DNA of 64,000 nt from the NCBI GenBank assembly GCA_965637545.1, contig OZ281499.1, positions 7,006,001 to 7,070,000 of the forward strand, given 5' to 3'. The stretch is from Phallusia mammillata. Lineage: Eukaryota. A program made the position numbers and the translations under genes. Below are positions 12,865 to 24,383 of this stretch, piece by piece (within the stretch, counting starts at the first letter, position 1; each line of letters begins with the position of its first letter). The notes beneath the pieces are model-generated. The model was given only the letters and a program-made list of their open reading frames with translations, was not told where the DNA came from and did not search any database.

Positions 12865-13742
12865 CAGGGCTTCCCAAACTGGGGGTCGCGACCCCGGAAG
12901 GTTAACAAACTTGAGGGGTCGCAGAGAGCTGTACCAATTTTTGCAAAAAGTACTCATTACACTGGCGCAGAGTACGGGGGTGTGGGGGTGCCGCACACTC
13001 CCGGCCTTTACCTTCGTATAACGTCAAAATCGCAACTTTGTTCAAGTTACGTCGGTTTTATAACGTTTTCAGCCAAGCGCAAACGCGGTTGTTGTGACGC
13101 CATTGATCGAACAGACGTCGGTTGGAACGCAACAATTGCAATTGTTTTGAAATACACAGGCATTTTAATGCAGCAAGATAGAGTTGTAGACTAACGTTTA
13201 AGTGTTGTTTGGCGCAATAACTTTCTCTAATAAATAATAATCAATAAATTTACGATTTCCAAGCAGCGTTTAATATCCGTTTGCAAAGCACTGCAACGAC
13301 CCAATGTTGGTCCAATGTGACCTCAGTTTAGGCGTCAACGAAACATGAACTGCTTTTACTTTTTTTCCGCCCTAACAAATTACCTAAAACCAAAATCGTT
13401 GTTGAAATTGCCGATTCGGCAAATCGTCCTTTACGAACGTGCGTATGTTCTCGACGGACAGCAAACGTTTAAACCACACAAAGAATATGTGACAAGTGGC
13501 TATTTGCAAAACAATGTGTCAGAAACTAAGGCTAAAGCACATAAAAGTTATCGGTGTTTGAACGTATAAAGTAGTAGTCTCCGAGTACCGGTAAGTTGTT
13601 TCTAGTTTTCGCTCGAATTAGGCGTTTTAATAAATACAACAAACGTATTTTTTGCACTGTTTGTCATGTTATCCGTGAAGGGTCGCGAAAAATTTAAAGA
13701 GATTTAAAAGGGGTCGCAATCAAAAAAGTTTGGGAAGCCCTG
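12865..13742. mobile_element. hAT-type MITE inserted in the CaRF-like transposase
   Basis: TIRs CAGGGCTTCCCAAACT / AGTTTGGGAAGCCCTG. TSD GTTTAGCA at 12857-12864 and 13743-13750. Confidence 0.95.
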
Positions 13743-14345
13743 GTTTAGCACATTAAACTTTAGTACTACAGTTGTTTTTTTAATTATTTTAAGTGCTTCG
13801 AAAATATCTGTTCTTGTTTCATTTTGTGTAATGAAGCTAGCTGCAACTTGGTAACCGACATTGGTTTTCACACCAAGAAAAAATAGTGGCAGAGCATATT
13901 TGGTTGTTTTGTATGTGGTATCTAAAAGGCAAATTTTGTTACCGTATCCAAGAAGTCTCTTTTGCCGGGCGTATTGGTGAACAAAAAGCAAGGTCTTTTT
14001 GATTTTAATAATTGGCGTATCTCCTTCGGCTGTAAAGTTAACGTTGCTGTCGTTGTCTTCCCCAGCAACGTAAGTTCGAAATAAAATGTTATCACCAGGT
14101 TCTAACGTTTTTTTTTCTTTCTTTAATATGTTTGGCCGTGTTTTTTGGTCAATTTTGGCCAGCCTTCTGCGACAATATGCTCTGTAAAAGTGATTTCTAA
14201 TGACATTCTTTGTGGGGAAAAACTGTCGGTTATGCTTGTCGGGCACCTGATCTCTGTTAAACAGTTCGTGTGATACAAACGATTTTTTGAACCTCTTTTT
14301 TAGTTCCTGTGTGGAAGAAACTCCGTCTTCAACCAGCTGACCCAT
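13704..14345 (-). pseudogene. CaRF-like MULE transposase core fragment
   Basis: CLLDTTYKTTKYALPLFFL motif. The ORF runs into the MITE end at 13742. Confidence 0.85.
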
Positions 14346-15269
14346 TTTGGTAACGATTCGTTTATCCAGCGTTTGAAATATGCCCGCAGCCTTAGCATGA
14401 CAAAATAATTTAATTTTAAATGACTGCTAGCAACCTGCCATGACGCCTACCTGTCCCACTACGTGACCAGAATGATCCGAGACTAAAAGAAACGTGATCA
14501 AAATTTTGTTGTGTTGAATCAAATTCGGTTCGTTTGATTGTATTGCAGCTTTTAGCGCTTTGCTTGGTCTATCTTTCAAGCACTTTTTCGCTTTGGTTAT
14601 CTTTATCTTTGTCAGTTCGTTTCGATAACAAATTGTGTCGCACAAAACACCAGATACAACAATACTTGATATTGTGGAAATGCAATTTGAATAGTAGCCG
14701 CGCAGTTCACTTTTTTTGACTGCTGTATGCATAGATATATTTTAGGGTGGTAATGGTCCTCTGACATACCTTAGGTAAGGTATGATAGTACTGTCCTAAT
14801 TTTCCTGTCTAATATTTGTTTGTTCATTTACCTGTTGCGCTACAGATTAAGCACAACTTCGTTTTTTTCGTTGTTTTGAGTGTTGGCATCGCAATGCTTC
14901 AGACTTTACTAAAATGCAGGGTAGATTGGTGGCTTCCCAGCGAATTCGGCTTTTGGAAACGCCTAAAAGGCAATTAATGGCATTAAAAACAGCAGGCTTA
15001 CAAACAAGTGGACGAAATGTGTCCCGGTGGCAGTCTCAAAATTATTAAGTCCCTGGTGAATCTCATCATTTGATTGGAAGCACTGAAAAAAACATTTTTA
15101 GAAAGATATGTGAACTTTTAATCGCTTGCAAACCGCGTTAACCGCTAGTTAGTTTTCGCAGAATAAGATTCGAGCCAAATTAAAATATTTACCCTTATGC
15201 CTACTTTCTGTTCTGGTTGATCTGTACTGACCCGAATGGTGTACAAATGTAAACACTCCGTTTATCTGA

Positions 15270-16571
15270 CTACTTTAACAAAGAAACTAATTGCTGATCT
15301 ACTATTGCGTTAAACTCATCCAGTATCGTGCTGATGTAATCTGCTAGATCGCAGATATGTGGATCTACTGGTATCTTCTCTTTTAATAATGTGTCCATCA
15401 CTTCCTGCGCTAGTGCAAATACAATTTCGTCGGTAAGTCCGCCTTTTATTTCTTTTTGACATCCTGTGTTTGGCGTATCCGCTTCTTCTCCCCAATACGC
15501 TTCAAGAAATCTTCTTTTCATAGGTTTTAAGTCCCCTAGACTTGCCAGCTTTATAATTGTTTTTTTGTGTGTTTGTGGTCAGGAAGCAGCATGTGGCCTT
15601 ATTGTCCTGCCTGTCGCCGTGTGTTTTGGCACTCCAGTTTGAGTGGTACATGAATTTTACTGCTGCTATCAGTGCGTCGTTGTTGAAGAATGCTGATCCG
15701 GCATCATCTATTTTCAGTACTTTGTGTTTATGGCGTAATGCCATTTGTCCAACCCCTTGGCTGTCGTTGGTTAGGATACTCGCGTACTCCATTGGGAACA
15801 GAAATTGTCCCAATAGAGTTTTCCCCTTTCCAGCTATACCATGTAGGCAAAAGTGTGGCGAAAACATTATGCCATCTTCTTCCACGTTTCTTGCCTCCAA
15901 AGCTGCACAGACTAAAGCGACTTTGAGTTCAAAGTTGTTGAGATTGATACTGTTCCATTTGATGTTGGTTGCTTGATTGATTATTGCATTGATAACTCGG
16001 CATGCGTCTTCAACTGTCCATGCTTCATTTTGTTTCTTGTTTGCTCGTCTGAATGCCTTTTTTATTTTTCTATTTACTGTCCCGAATTCTACGGTGTTGT
16101 ATGCCCTCTTTGCTAAAAGTTCTGGGTATGCAAAGTCCTCGTCAAACAGTGCTTCCTTGAACGCGTTCATGGTTAGTTTGGTATCGAATTTTTTGGCGGC
16201 TCTCTGCTACTGTCGCCCATCTGGATTGTTGGTATTGAGTCGTATTTTTTTTCTCTATTTGTATTTTCTCCAGAAGACTTGGTGGTAATTCTTGAGTCGC
16301 TTTGTACATGTATTTAGTGTATGCCGCCATGTCCTTCACGGTTGCCAGGTAGGACGTACTGAGGACGTACTGACACCCCTTTTTTGTTTAAGGGAGTCCC
16401 AGTTTTGTTCCCATCGCCATGCCGATTGGGAACATTTAAATGACCATACTCCTGGTCCCCTACATAGATCACTTCCGATGGTGTCTGGAAAATCCCGCTT
16501 CGCGCGTTTGAGCTCGTGAAAGTCCACTTTCGTCCTCTGAAATTTTCTTTTTCTTCTGTCACACCATTCAT
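15270..16571 (-). pseudogene. Rep-like protein: HUH rolling-circle endonuclease + superfamily 3 helicase (CRESS/parvovirus NS1-like)
   Basis: Four consecutive minus-strand ORFs give the motifs in order: RKWTFT (motif I), NRHG (degenerate HUH), YTKYMYK (motif III), GIAGKGKT (Walker A), VLKIDD (Walker B), FLTTN (motif C) and MKRRF (Arg finger). Confidence 0.8.
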
Positions 16572-17769
16572 CTCTGTATATGTCTTCTAATTCTTTGTAC
16601 TGAAGAGCTTTTCTTATACTATTTTCTTATAATTCGCTTGAAATTGCAGTAATCCGAGCATTTAACACAACCGGACACAATAATAAAATGTAAAGCCTTA
16701 TTTTAACGACCGCTAGGCGCGAAGCCTGGTCCTGCGCCGTTCGTCACATTAGATTACCCTTTATAAAAAACGCGCTCGTACAGACTGTCCTCCAAGACGA
16801 CCCACTCTTGCATGTGCAACGAATACTCTTGTTGAGCGATAAAAGACAACGCTGACAACTAACAGCAAGATGACAACGGCGCGACGGCAAACGGTTTTTC
16901 TGTAAACCACAAAATAACATTCATCAGTCACACGAAACCATTATGACGTCATAGCCCTAATTCACGTTAAGCAGTTTGAACAGTACACAAATGTCGCCAA
17001 TCAAATCTACATTATTCGGTCACATTCCAAATCAAATGACTTCCAATTACTCATAGTGTAAGTTTTGTTACGGTTTAGTATACATTAATATAATACAAGT
17101 TAAACAAAAATGAAATAAGAACATAAATGTACCAACTGTTGGGTAACTACGGCTGTATTAGCCTGCGGCTATATATACCTATAGGTTCCACAAATGACAA
17201 TTTAGCCTTTTAATCAATTGCTGTTAGCATTACTAATTAGACTACAAACAAAAAGACACAGAAAATTAGGCTAAATTATCTTATCTAGACTGCAACACAA
17301 CTGATGCAAAAACGTGACGTTCAAAACACATTCTCTCTCGCGGATGAATATTTACATACTTCACAATTAAAGTATAGCCGTTGTTACGGAGCAAGCTTTT
17401 GATATTCACAAACTCTGTGCAGAGATCTACTGAGCAATTTACGGTCGTGGGCTCCACTCTGTATTTTTGCTCATTCTTTGCCTATTTATGTTCTTGCGTT
17501 GTTTAATTACATTCCTAAGTTCCGCTTAAAGTCTCTCGATTTCTTGTTGCCTTACTTAATTGTAGTTTTCGTGTTTACTTGACAATATTGTCGATCTCTG
17601 TTGTTTAAAGCTAATAAACATTGTTATGTTTATGTAGCCAGTTACTGCACTCGGCATGCATCCCATCATAGGAACCGGAATACTGGACAGCTGGTGCGCA
17701 ACCTGCAATAAGGTAGATTACGCTTGTATTGTAATGGCGTAAAATTGCCGATTTAGTGTCCAACCCGAT

Positions 17770-17880
17770 ACAGACGAGCACGTCCAGAAAGGTGATACAG
17801 CCATTGGATTCCAAATCCTGCGTAAACGATGCATGGAATTGCTGTTGATGTGGTTAAAAAGTGCCCCGACGACTGTTGAA
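17770..17880 (-). pseudogene. Small Penelope-like RT fragment
   Basis: NHINS...ESNGCITFLDVLV. Confidence 0.45.
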
Positions 17881-19604
17881 TGCTGGCCAGGAAAACGTTC
17901 TTTTTATTGGCTGAGCTGATGACATCCCTGTCGAACCATTTTAGTTGAATGGGTCATACATGAGATCATAATTCGGGAAGAAAACAAAGTGGGTCACATA
18001 TTTTATTATTTGGCAATGGGAAGCTTGTTGCTGCATCTTCTCTGCAAGTCTTGCAATCCTAGGTAGTTTTCAACTTAATACACGCAGCAGCATATCTGAG
18101 CTGAGACGATTCCTAGCACCTGATGTTATTCCTGTGTGAAAACAAGGATTCGCATGATTATAATAAATCGTTTCAAGTTGTACGTTTAAATTTAAATAAA
18201 CATAAGAGTTGCCTCACAATTGATTTGACAATCTGTATTGTAAGACAAGAGGCAATCTGGCAAAGTGCTTAAAGTTAACTGTTGTGTTGCTTTTTAATTC
18301 TGGAAGTCTGGTAACCCCTACCCATAGTAATCAACATAAATTTTTTAAACTACAAGTGGGTCACTGGAATTCACGTGGTGGGTCACGAAGTGAGTCAGTG
18401 GTTCGCCATCTCTGGTTTAGGAGAACATCAGCCATCATTGGTGCTCTGGGCAAGCCCATTGCCACCCCATTAATATGTTTGTACTCACCGTTGAACTGAA
18501 AAGTAGGGATTTTGCAAGCCCATGTGAGCAGTTTTTTTAAAGCGAGACCTATTTTAATATTAAAAATCTAGGTTTACTTGCTTTTTGTTTCAATATCTTT
18601 TGAGTTGTTTGCCCCTCACAACGACTGAACAAAAGTGTTTGTGAATACTCTGCCTGTAACGGTAAAACGTTTCATTACGTTTTCCTTCTTTATATTGGTG
18701 CAATTGTTAAGTGTGCACCCACTCGTGACTGTGGATGTTTTTTTGATGAAAGGTGGATTCTAATAAATTCCAGAAACAGTTCTACAGTGGCGAGCACGCC
18801 AGGACGACGTTAGACTTTGTGCGTCTAACAGTGTTGAAAAAAAAATACCTGTGTAACTTGAAAGCGGAAAACATTTGTTTAGAAAGTCAAATGCGTTTAA
18901 ATTAACGCACCACGTCATGCAATTGACAACAAAATAACGGAACTTGAAGTTGCAGCGGTCACGTGTTTTTAAACCGTCGTTTAAACACTTTGGTTTGGCT
19001 AAGCATTAAGCAATGGAAAATTTTAAGTTTGGATAACGTGGCAAATGCTGCAATTCTTGCAAATATGTTTCTCACTATTGTAATGTGTTTGTCTACAATG
19101 AAATTGTCAACTTTGCAAGATTAACTTAGCAGAATTGTGAAATCCATATGCCTGTTGGCGACATCGGACATCGCGTTGTGTTATTTACTTGCTCGTATCT
19201 TCTTGTGGTTCAATAATGATTGGAATTTTATGTTCAGTGTCGCTGTCCCCACACTAGTTCATGTACCCATTTTCCTGTTGTGCCAGAGTGGCCATATGCT
19301 GGGCAGTTGCGCAAGCTGGTGATTTCGAAATAGTTGCGCGATTTATTGCAGCAGAAATTTCGGGCTTTGCATTTTTGCAAGTTTTTAAGTTAAAACAAAC
19401 TAATAATTAATGTGGTTCAACGAAGAGACTGCTTTGTAATAATCGTAGAAAAAAAGGAAAATTTCACTATAAAAACTAGTGTTTCATTGCTTTTCGGCCT
19501 TCTAATTTACCTTGAGAAAATGAGACTTGGTGCGTAAATAAAAAATACAGAGAAGGAAAAAATACAAGGCACGCATAACGCTACGGATACAATCATGCCG
19601 GATG

Positions 19605-22450
19605 CTACCGAAGGCGTTTTTGATTCCACCCGACAAAGATGTCCTTGCAGTTTAGCTTGGCATCTGTCAAGGCAGCATCCAACATGTACACGTGCTCGAA
19701 CGTTCCCTCGACCGTCATGAAGCCCTTTTGCTCGGCGGAGACGACGCCACGCTCCAGAGCCCAACTCTGCAGACGACGAGCCAATACCGCCGCATAGATT
19801 TTATAGATGTTACGGCAGATCGAGATGGGTCTCCAGTTGGACAAATCGTCGAGGTCCCCCTCCGGATTTTTGCAAATCAGAGTGACCCTCGACGACCGCC
19901 ACTGGCTGGGAACCCGGCGACTCGCCCTACAGGGTTCGAAGAGCTTCGAGAGTCTAAGACCCTTTGGATCGAAAGCCTTCCAAAACCCATAGGACAAGCC
20001 GTCGGAACCAGCGGCGGATCCAGTGTTTACAGTCTGGAGAACCATCTCGACCTCCTTGGGCGATATTGGCCGGTCATCCACGTCGTCAGGAACTGTAGGC
20101 GACGCCGGGTTACCGAGCTCCGGGGCGTCCATCCAGTCGGGCATACGCTCGATCGTGTCCTCCCGGTCCGGTGCCTTAAGATCGGAACGGAATTTAGCCT
20201 CCACGGTGGAGGGGTCAATTCGGCACCTGATCTCCCCTTTATTACCATCCGTTATCCTACGGACTGTGCCTTTCTGGTCACGCCAAAACGCTTTCCGCAG
20301 GGCGAAGCCCTTCGTGAAGTTCCCAGTCATTGGCGTTGGATTAACCTTATTGGGATGTCCACGCTCACGATTATCGATTGAACGGCGCATAGCGCCTCGG
20401 TTAAATCGGGGTTTACGTACTTGCGTTTTAGACGTTACACCAGCGGCCGATGTCAACTCTTCCAGTGCGCGCTCGAGCTCGGCAAAGCCATTACCATATG
20501 AAAAGTCCGAAACAATAATATTATCGAACCGAGCTCGAAGTTCATCAAAGGACAATTTGGTTTCAGACCTTAACCTAACAGGGGGGCGATCACCACTGAA
20601 AGAGCTAGGAGAACGGATCCGGTGCGCTTTACTAGCCGTGGGTTGGTGTCGTTCAGACTCATCGGCCTGCTGCCGCATCGCCGGAACGCGGGGTGAGAGA
20701 TCACTCCCACGCGACGGACAAGAAGCAGTACTCCGACTCGCCATCCCGACAGGCCTTCCCGGACCGAGGTCCGTTTCAGCCGGCCGCATCGGCTCCTCTC
20801 GAGACTTCTCCCGGGTTTCGCGCAAGATGGAATCAGCGCTACATCCGGGGATCGGCTCACTGAGGTTTGCCTCCGCAGTTCGGAGCTCGACTGTCGACAC
20901 TTCGCTCCTCTCCTCGTCCGATCCTAGGGTCGGAGACGGGCTAATGCCAAACAGCTTCGCCTGTTCCGACGTCACAACGGGCGGAGAAAGCTCCGACGCC
21001 ACTAAGCGTGACACCGGAGATCGCTCGTTCCGCCGATCGGCCGGCGGCTCCTCCACACGGCGGCCTGACGGGCGGCCGACGCATGGCGAAACCCCCACGT
21101 TAGCACTCACGCATGGGCCTAGGAATGAAGCCAGAAGGGCGGAGGGAAGGTTAGGCGGAAGAACAATTGGGACCGCCGCCCTCCCTCTGATCCCGGTGGA
21201 AGCTGGTGTTCTAAGCCAGCTTTGAAGTGGGGACGGTGGGACAGTTGCCGTGGAATTATCCCCGACGGGTAAACGCAAATTAAAGGGTGAACCGCAGGCC
21301 GAATCAGTCAGCACCGACATACTGGGGATTGTTATGGGGGACAGAATTACCGGGGGAGGGGGAAGCCGTACGGCTTCAGCATAGGATGTGGGGGATTTAA
21401 CCTTATGTATGGGAGAGGGGACGGGAAGGAGAGGACCTCCATCGCAGACCTCCGACTCGTCTAAGGACAAAGATGCGAGGTCCGCGAGAAGGCCGCTCTC
21501 GGAGTTAGGGGTTGAGACCGACGAATGGTTGAAGACCATCGACGGAATACGGGGAGAGCAGACGATGCTTTCTTCATCTGCGCCTAGCGGGGGGAAGTGC
21601 TGAGGGAAGGATGTCTTCGGGATCGGCTCGCTCGTTATGCCAGGGCAGGTCTTGTAGTGCGCCGAGACTTTTAACAGGATTTTAGCGTGACTGTCTACGG
21701 CGCACTTGCACTTGCCACATGTTGTGAGGTAAGATAATAAGGTCCTGTTGTGGCAAGTGCGTAAATGAGGCTGAGGGCCCTGGCATAACCATCACTACTT
21801 TTCAGGCAGTCCGAAAAGTGGCAGTTCTGAACGGTGGAGTCCCCGGAGTACAAAATCGGGATGTTAATTTGGCCGGGGCTTCCGCTACTCCGGGGAGGTT
21901 TTAAAACCTTCTCTGCCGTGAATTTAGATGATGGTAGTGTCGGACCACCTGGATGCTGCGTGTAGTAATGCGTTCTGGCAGCAACAAGGGACGGCCAACG
22001 ACTATCACACTGTGGGCAACGAAAATCGCCGTTTGACACATTCGATATAGGGGTGGAGGGTGCAGCGCAACTCTTAAAGTGGTCCCTCATTTTATTGAGA
22101 GAACCACGCAGTTCTAAGATGGTCTTACATTTTGAGCATTTAACACGCATTACACCAAGCGCCAACCGGTGGACATTAGTTATGTGCCGATTGACGCTCG
22201 CCAGTAGGGATGAGCGCATACTGCAACCCTTCACACTGCACTCGAATTGTGTCGCACGAGAGCCGCGATAACTCACCGTCAGGGGTGGGGCTTCAGGTCT
22301 GGTTTGGTCATCCTGCGATTCCGTGCGTGCGCTTCGAAGTCGAGACCTCCGCAGTTCCGGTTGTGAATACATGCTTGAATAAAAACAAAGCAGGTTAAAA
22401 TCCGGGGTCAAATTACAAATTAGGAGTATATGGCTGAGGTGTAGAGTCTT
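19605..22450 (-). mobile_element. R2/NeSL-type non-LTR retrotransposon, 3'-truncated (N-terminal C2H2 fingers + RT domains 0-3)
   Basis: CSVKGC..VNRHITNVH and CPQC..ARTHYYTQH in 21695-22411. ORF 19605-21539 has SAAGSDGLSY, NWRPISIC..IYKIY and EQKGFM.VEGTFEH. Confidence 0.85.
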
Positions 22451-22849
22451 ATTATTAGTATTAGGGCGATTTTTTTTGATGTTTTGACAGCGTTGGTCGC
22501 TGTATAAATATATATTCTATACAAATATACGCCAAAATCGGCAAAGGCGTAAGGGAGAAAAAAAAGCCAAAAAAAACGAGACAATTAAAACAACAATCGT
22601 CAGACGGCGCTAAAGACTATTGGAGCCGCCAAGTATGTGTAGAATATATTTAAACAGAAAACAAACAAGGTCAGAATTACAATATGATTGAATAATAACG
22701 TACAATAATTTTAGCAACGATATTAATATTATCTGATACAAACTAAGCAACTAAAACTAACTACGAGACCAATAACAAATATGTAAGGTTTGTATATATG
22801 TATAGTAACAAAAAAAAAAACAAGGTTAGAATTAACTAAGAATGGAAAA

Positions 22850-24383
22850 GCATTTTCCATGTAACGAAATCAGTCGATAAAATCTTGGAATATATATATT
22901 TCGCCTAATGGCATCTTCAGTTCCTATAAAAACCACAAGATAATACATCAATAAAAGGGAAAAGAAAGTAAAAACACAACAAAACAAAGTGCGACGAAAA
23001 CACTAAACTGAAAACAGAACACCACAGACATAGCTGACACCGCTTTCGAATTGGTTTGTCAAGCAACGTTAGACTGCTGACCCAACAGCGAGTCACGTCT
23101 TATCTTTGTCAGGCGCGCACGGCAAAGCTTTGGGCACAAAGGCGCAGATAAAATAGAAACACCTGGCAATGTAAAATAGGCAACAGCAGGAGAATAGAAA
23201 TCGAGCATTTGTGGGTGCAACATACGCAACAGGGCGCACACTAGCGGATTTGGGGCAATAACATTTTTTGGATGTTTATGGAAGCACCGGTTAACTTAAG
23301 CCATTTTGCTTCGGCCTGATCTAAAAGATCCACGTCAGGACTTTCACCAAAGGTCACCTCGAAGCATTTTGCAAGGTCGGGTTTGTTTTCATAAATGGCG
23401 GAATGCCTTATAGCAAAATGTTGACACAACGATGCGTGGTCGCTGTTTGGCTAAAGTTGTGAAAAGTGTTCCAGATGGTGCGGTGACCCGACCAACGCGT
23501 ACAAAATTTGTTTTTTGTTTGCCCAACGTACTGGCACTTACATAGCAAACAGGTGGCGACGTATATACGGCATTTGCAGTCTAATGATTGCTTTAGTGGT
23601 ATGATTTTTCCCTGCTCGGTCTTGATCTGTTCTGTTAAGGGAACCATGGGTTTGTGTTTTCCGTAGTGTCCACATAGGGCACACTTTCCGCAGGGGGCTG
23701 ATAAGCCGCTGTGCGTTCCATCGTCAAATGCGATCCGTTTGTAGTTTGTGAGAATATTGCCAAGCGTTATTGGTTTCTTAAAGACAATTTTGGCTTGCGG
23801 TTTTAAGTATTTTTCTTTTGTGGAGAGTCTAAGAAAATGCGGGAACGCAGTTGCCCACGGGATAATGTCAACATTATTTACAGCAGTGGCAGCAGGTTTA
23901 AATCTATTTTTCCATCCCTTTGCGGTACTGATACATGTTGCTGTGATCTTTTTGGGAAACGATGATGTTAAACATTTCCTTTGAAGGCGCGATAGACTTT
24001 TCAGGTATTCTTCATGGTTTTCGTTGAGACGACGAAGGCGCGATGCCTCTCCCAACACAATAGCAAGAAAGATGTGCGGTGGATGGTGTGAGACGCCATG
24101 CAGAAAGCATCTATCTACCGCGGTTTCCTTGGTGTGGTCTTTCGTATAAAACCCTAAAGGTGCCACATTGGAATGGACATGAAGAACGTCTAAGAACTCA
24201 ACCTGGACTGCATGGTCATTCGGGCTGAGCACACGGAAAGTTAGCTGTAGCCCAGCCTTTTGGAAAGCGTCTGTAAGCGCCAAACGTATTGTCTCTGTTC
24301 TTCTGGCCCCTATCGAAAACCAGATAATATCGTCTATGTATCTTTTAAACAATTCCGCTCTATGCAGTGTGTCAGAGATAGAC
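22850..24383 (-). mobile_element. Penelope-like element, 3' half (RT YIDD to GIY-YIG)
   Basis: ORF 23408-24385 has FKRYIDDI, VEFLDV, CGKCALC and IYVATCLLCKCQYVGQT. A hammerhead lies downstream. Confidence 0.92.
22887..22924 (-). ncRNA. Minimal type I hammerhead ribozyme at the 3' end of the Penelope-like element
   Basis: Minus strand GGAA-CTGAAGA-TGCC-ATTA-GGC-GAAA-TATATATA-TTCC: helix I GGAA/TTCC, core CUGAnGA and GAAA, palindromic helix III. Confidence 0.85.

Larger units (their letters stand above)
5570..14740 (-). mobile_element. CaRF-like MULE transposase gene remnant, split by nested insertions
   Basis: ORF 13704-14345 has LLFVHQ..Q.RLL.YGNKICLLDTTYKTTKYALPLFFLGVKTNVGYQV. It continues at ~12792-12864, at ~7330-7180 (VVICDFNSEQAWER) and at ~5770-5680 (LKVLIGTNNGVERQIRVLKE). 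Confidence 0.8.

Noticed and set aside
13704-14345. Host CARF gene; likewise host HARBI1, GTF2IRD2, ZBED or THAP9 for other ORFs
   Set aside because: All are disrupted and/or bounded by TIRs and TSDs. They are transposon relatives, not domesticated genes, so no symbols were assigned.
19692-21225. Long plus-strand ORFs (229 and 400 aa)
   Set aside because: Antisense shadows of the GC-rich retroelement ORF, with no motifs.
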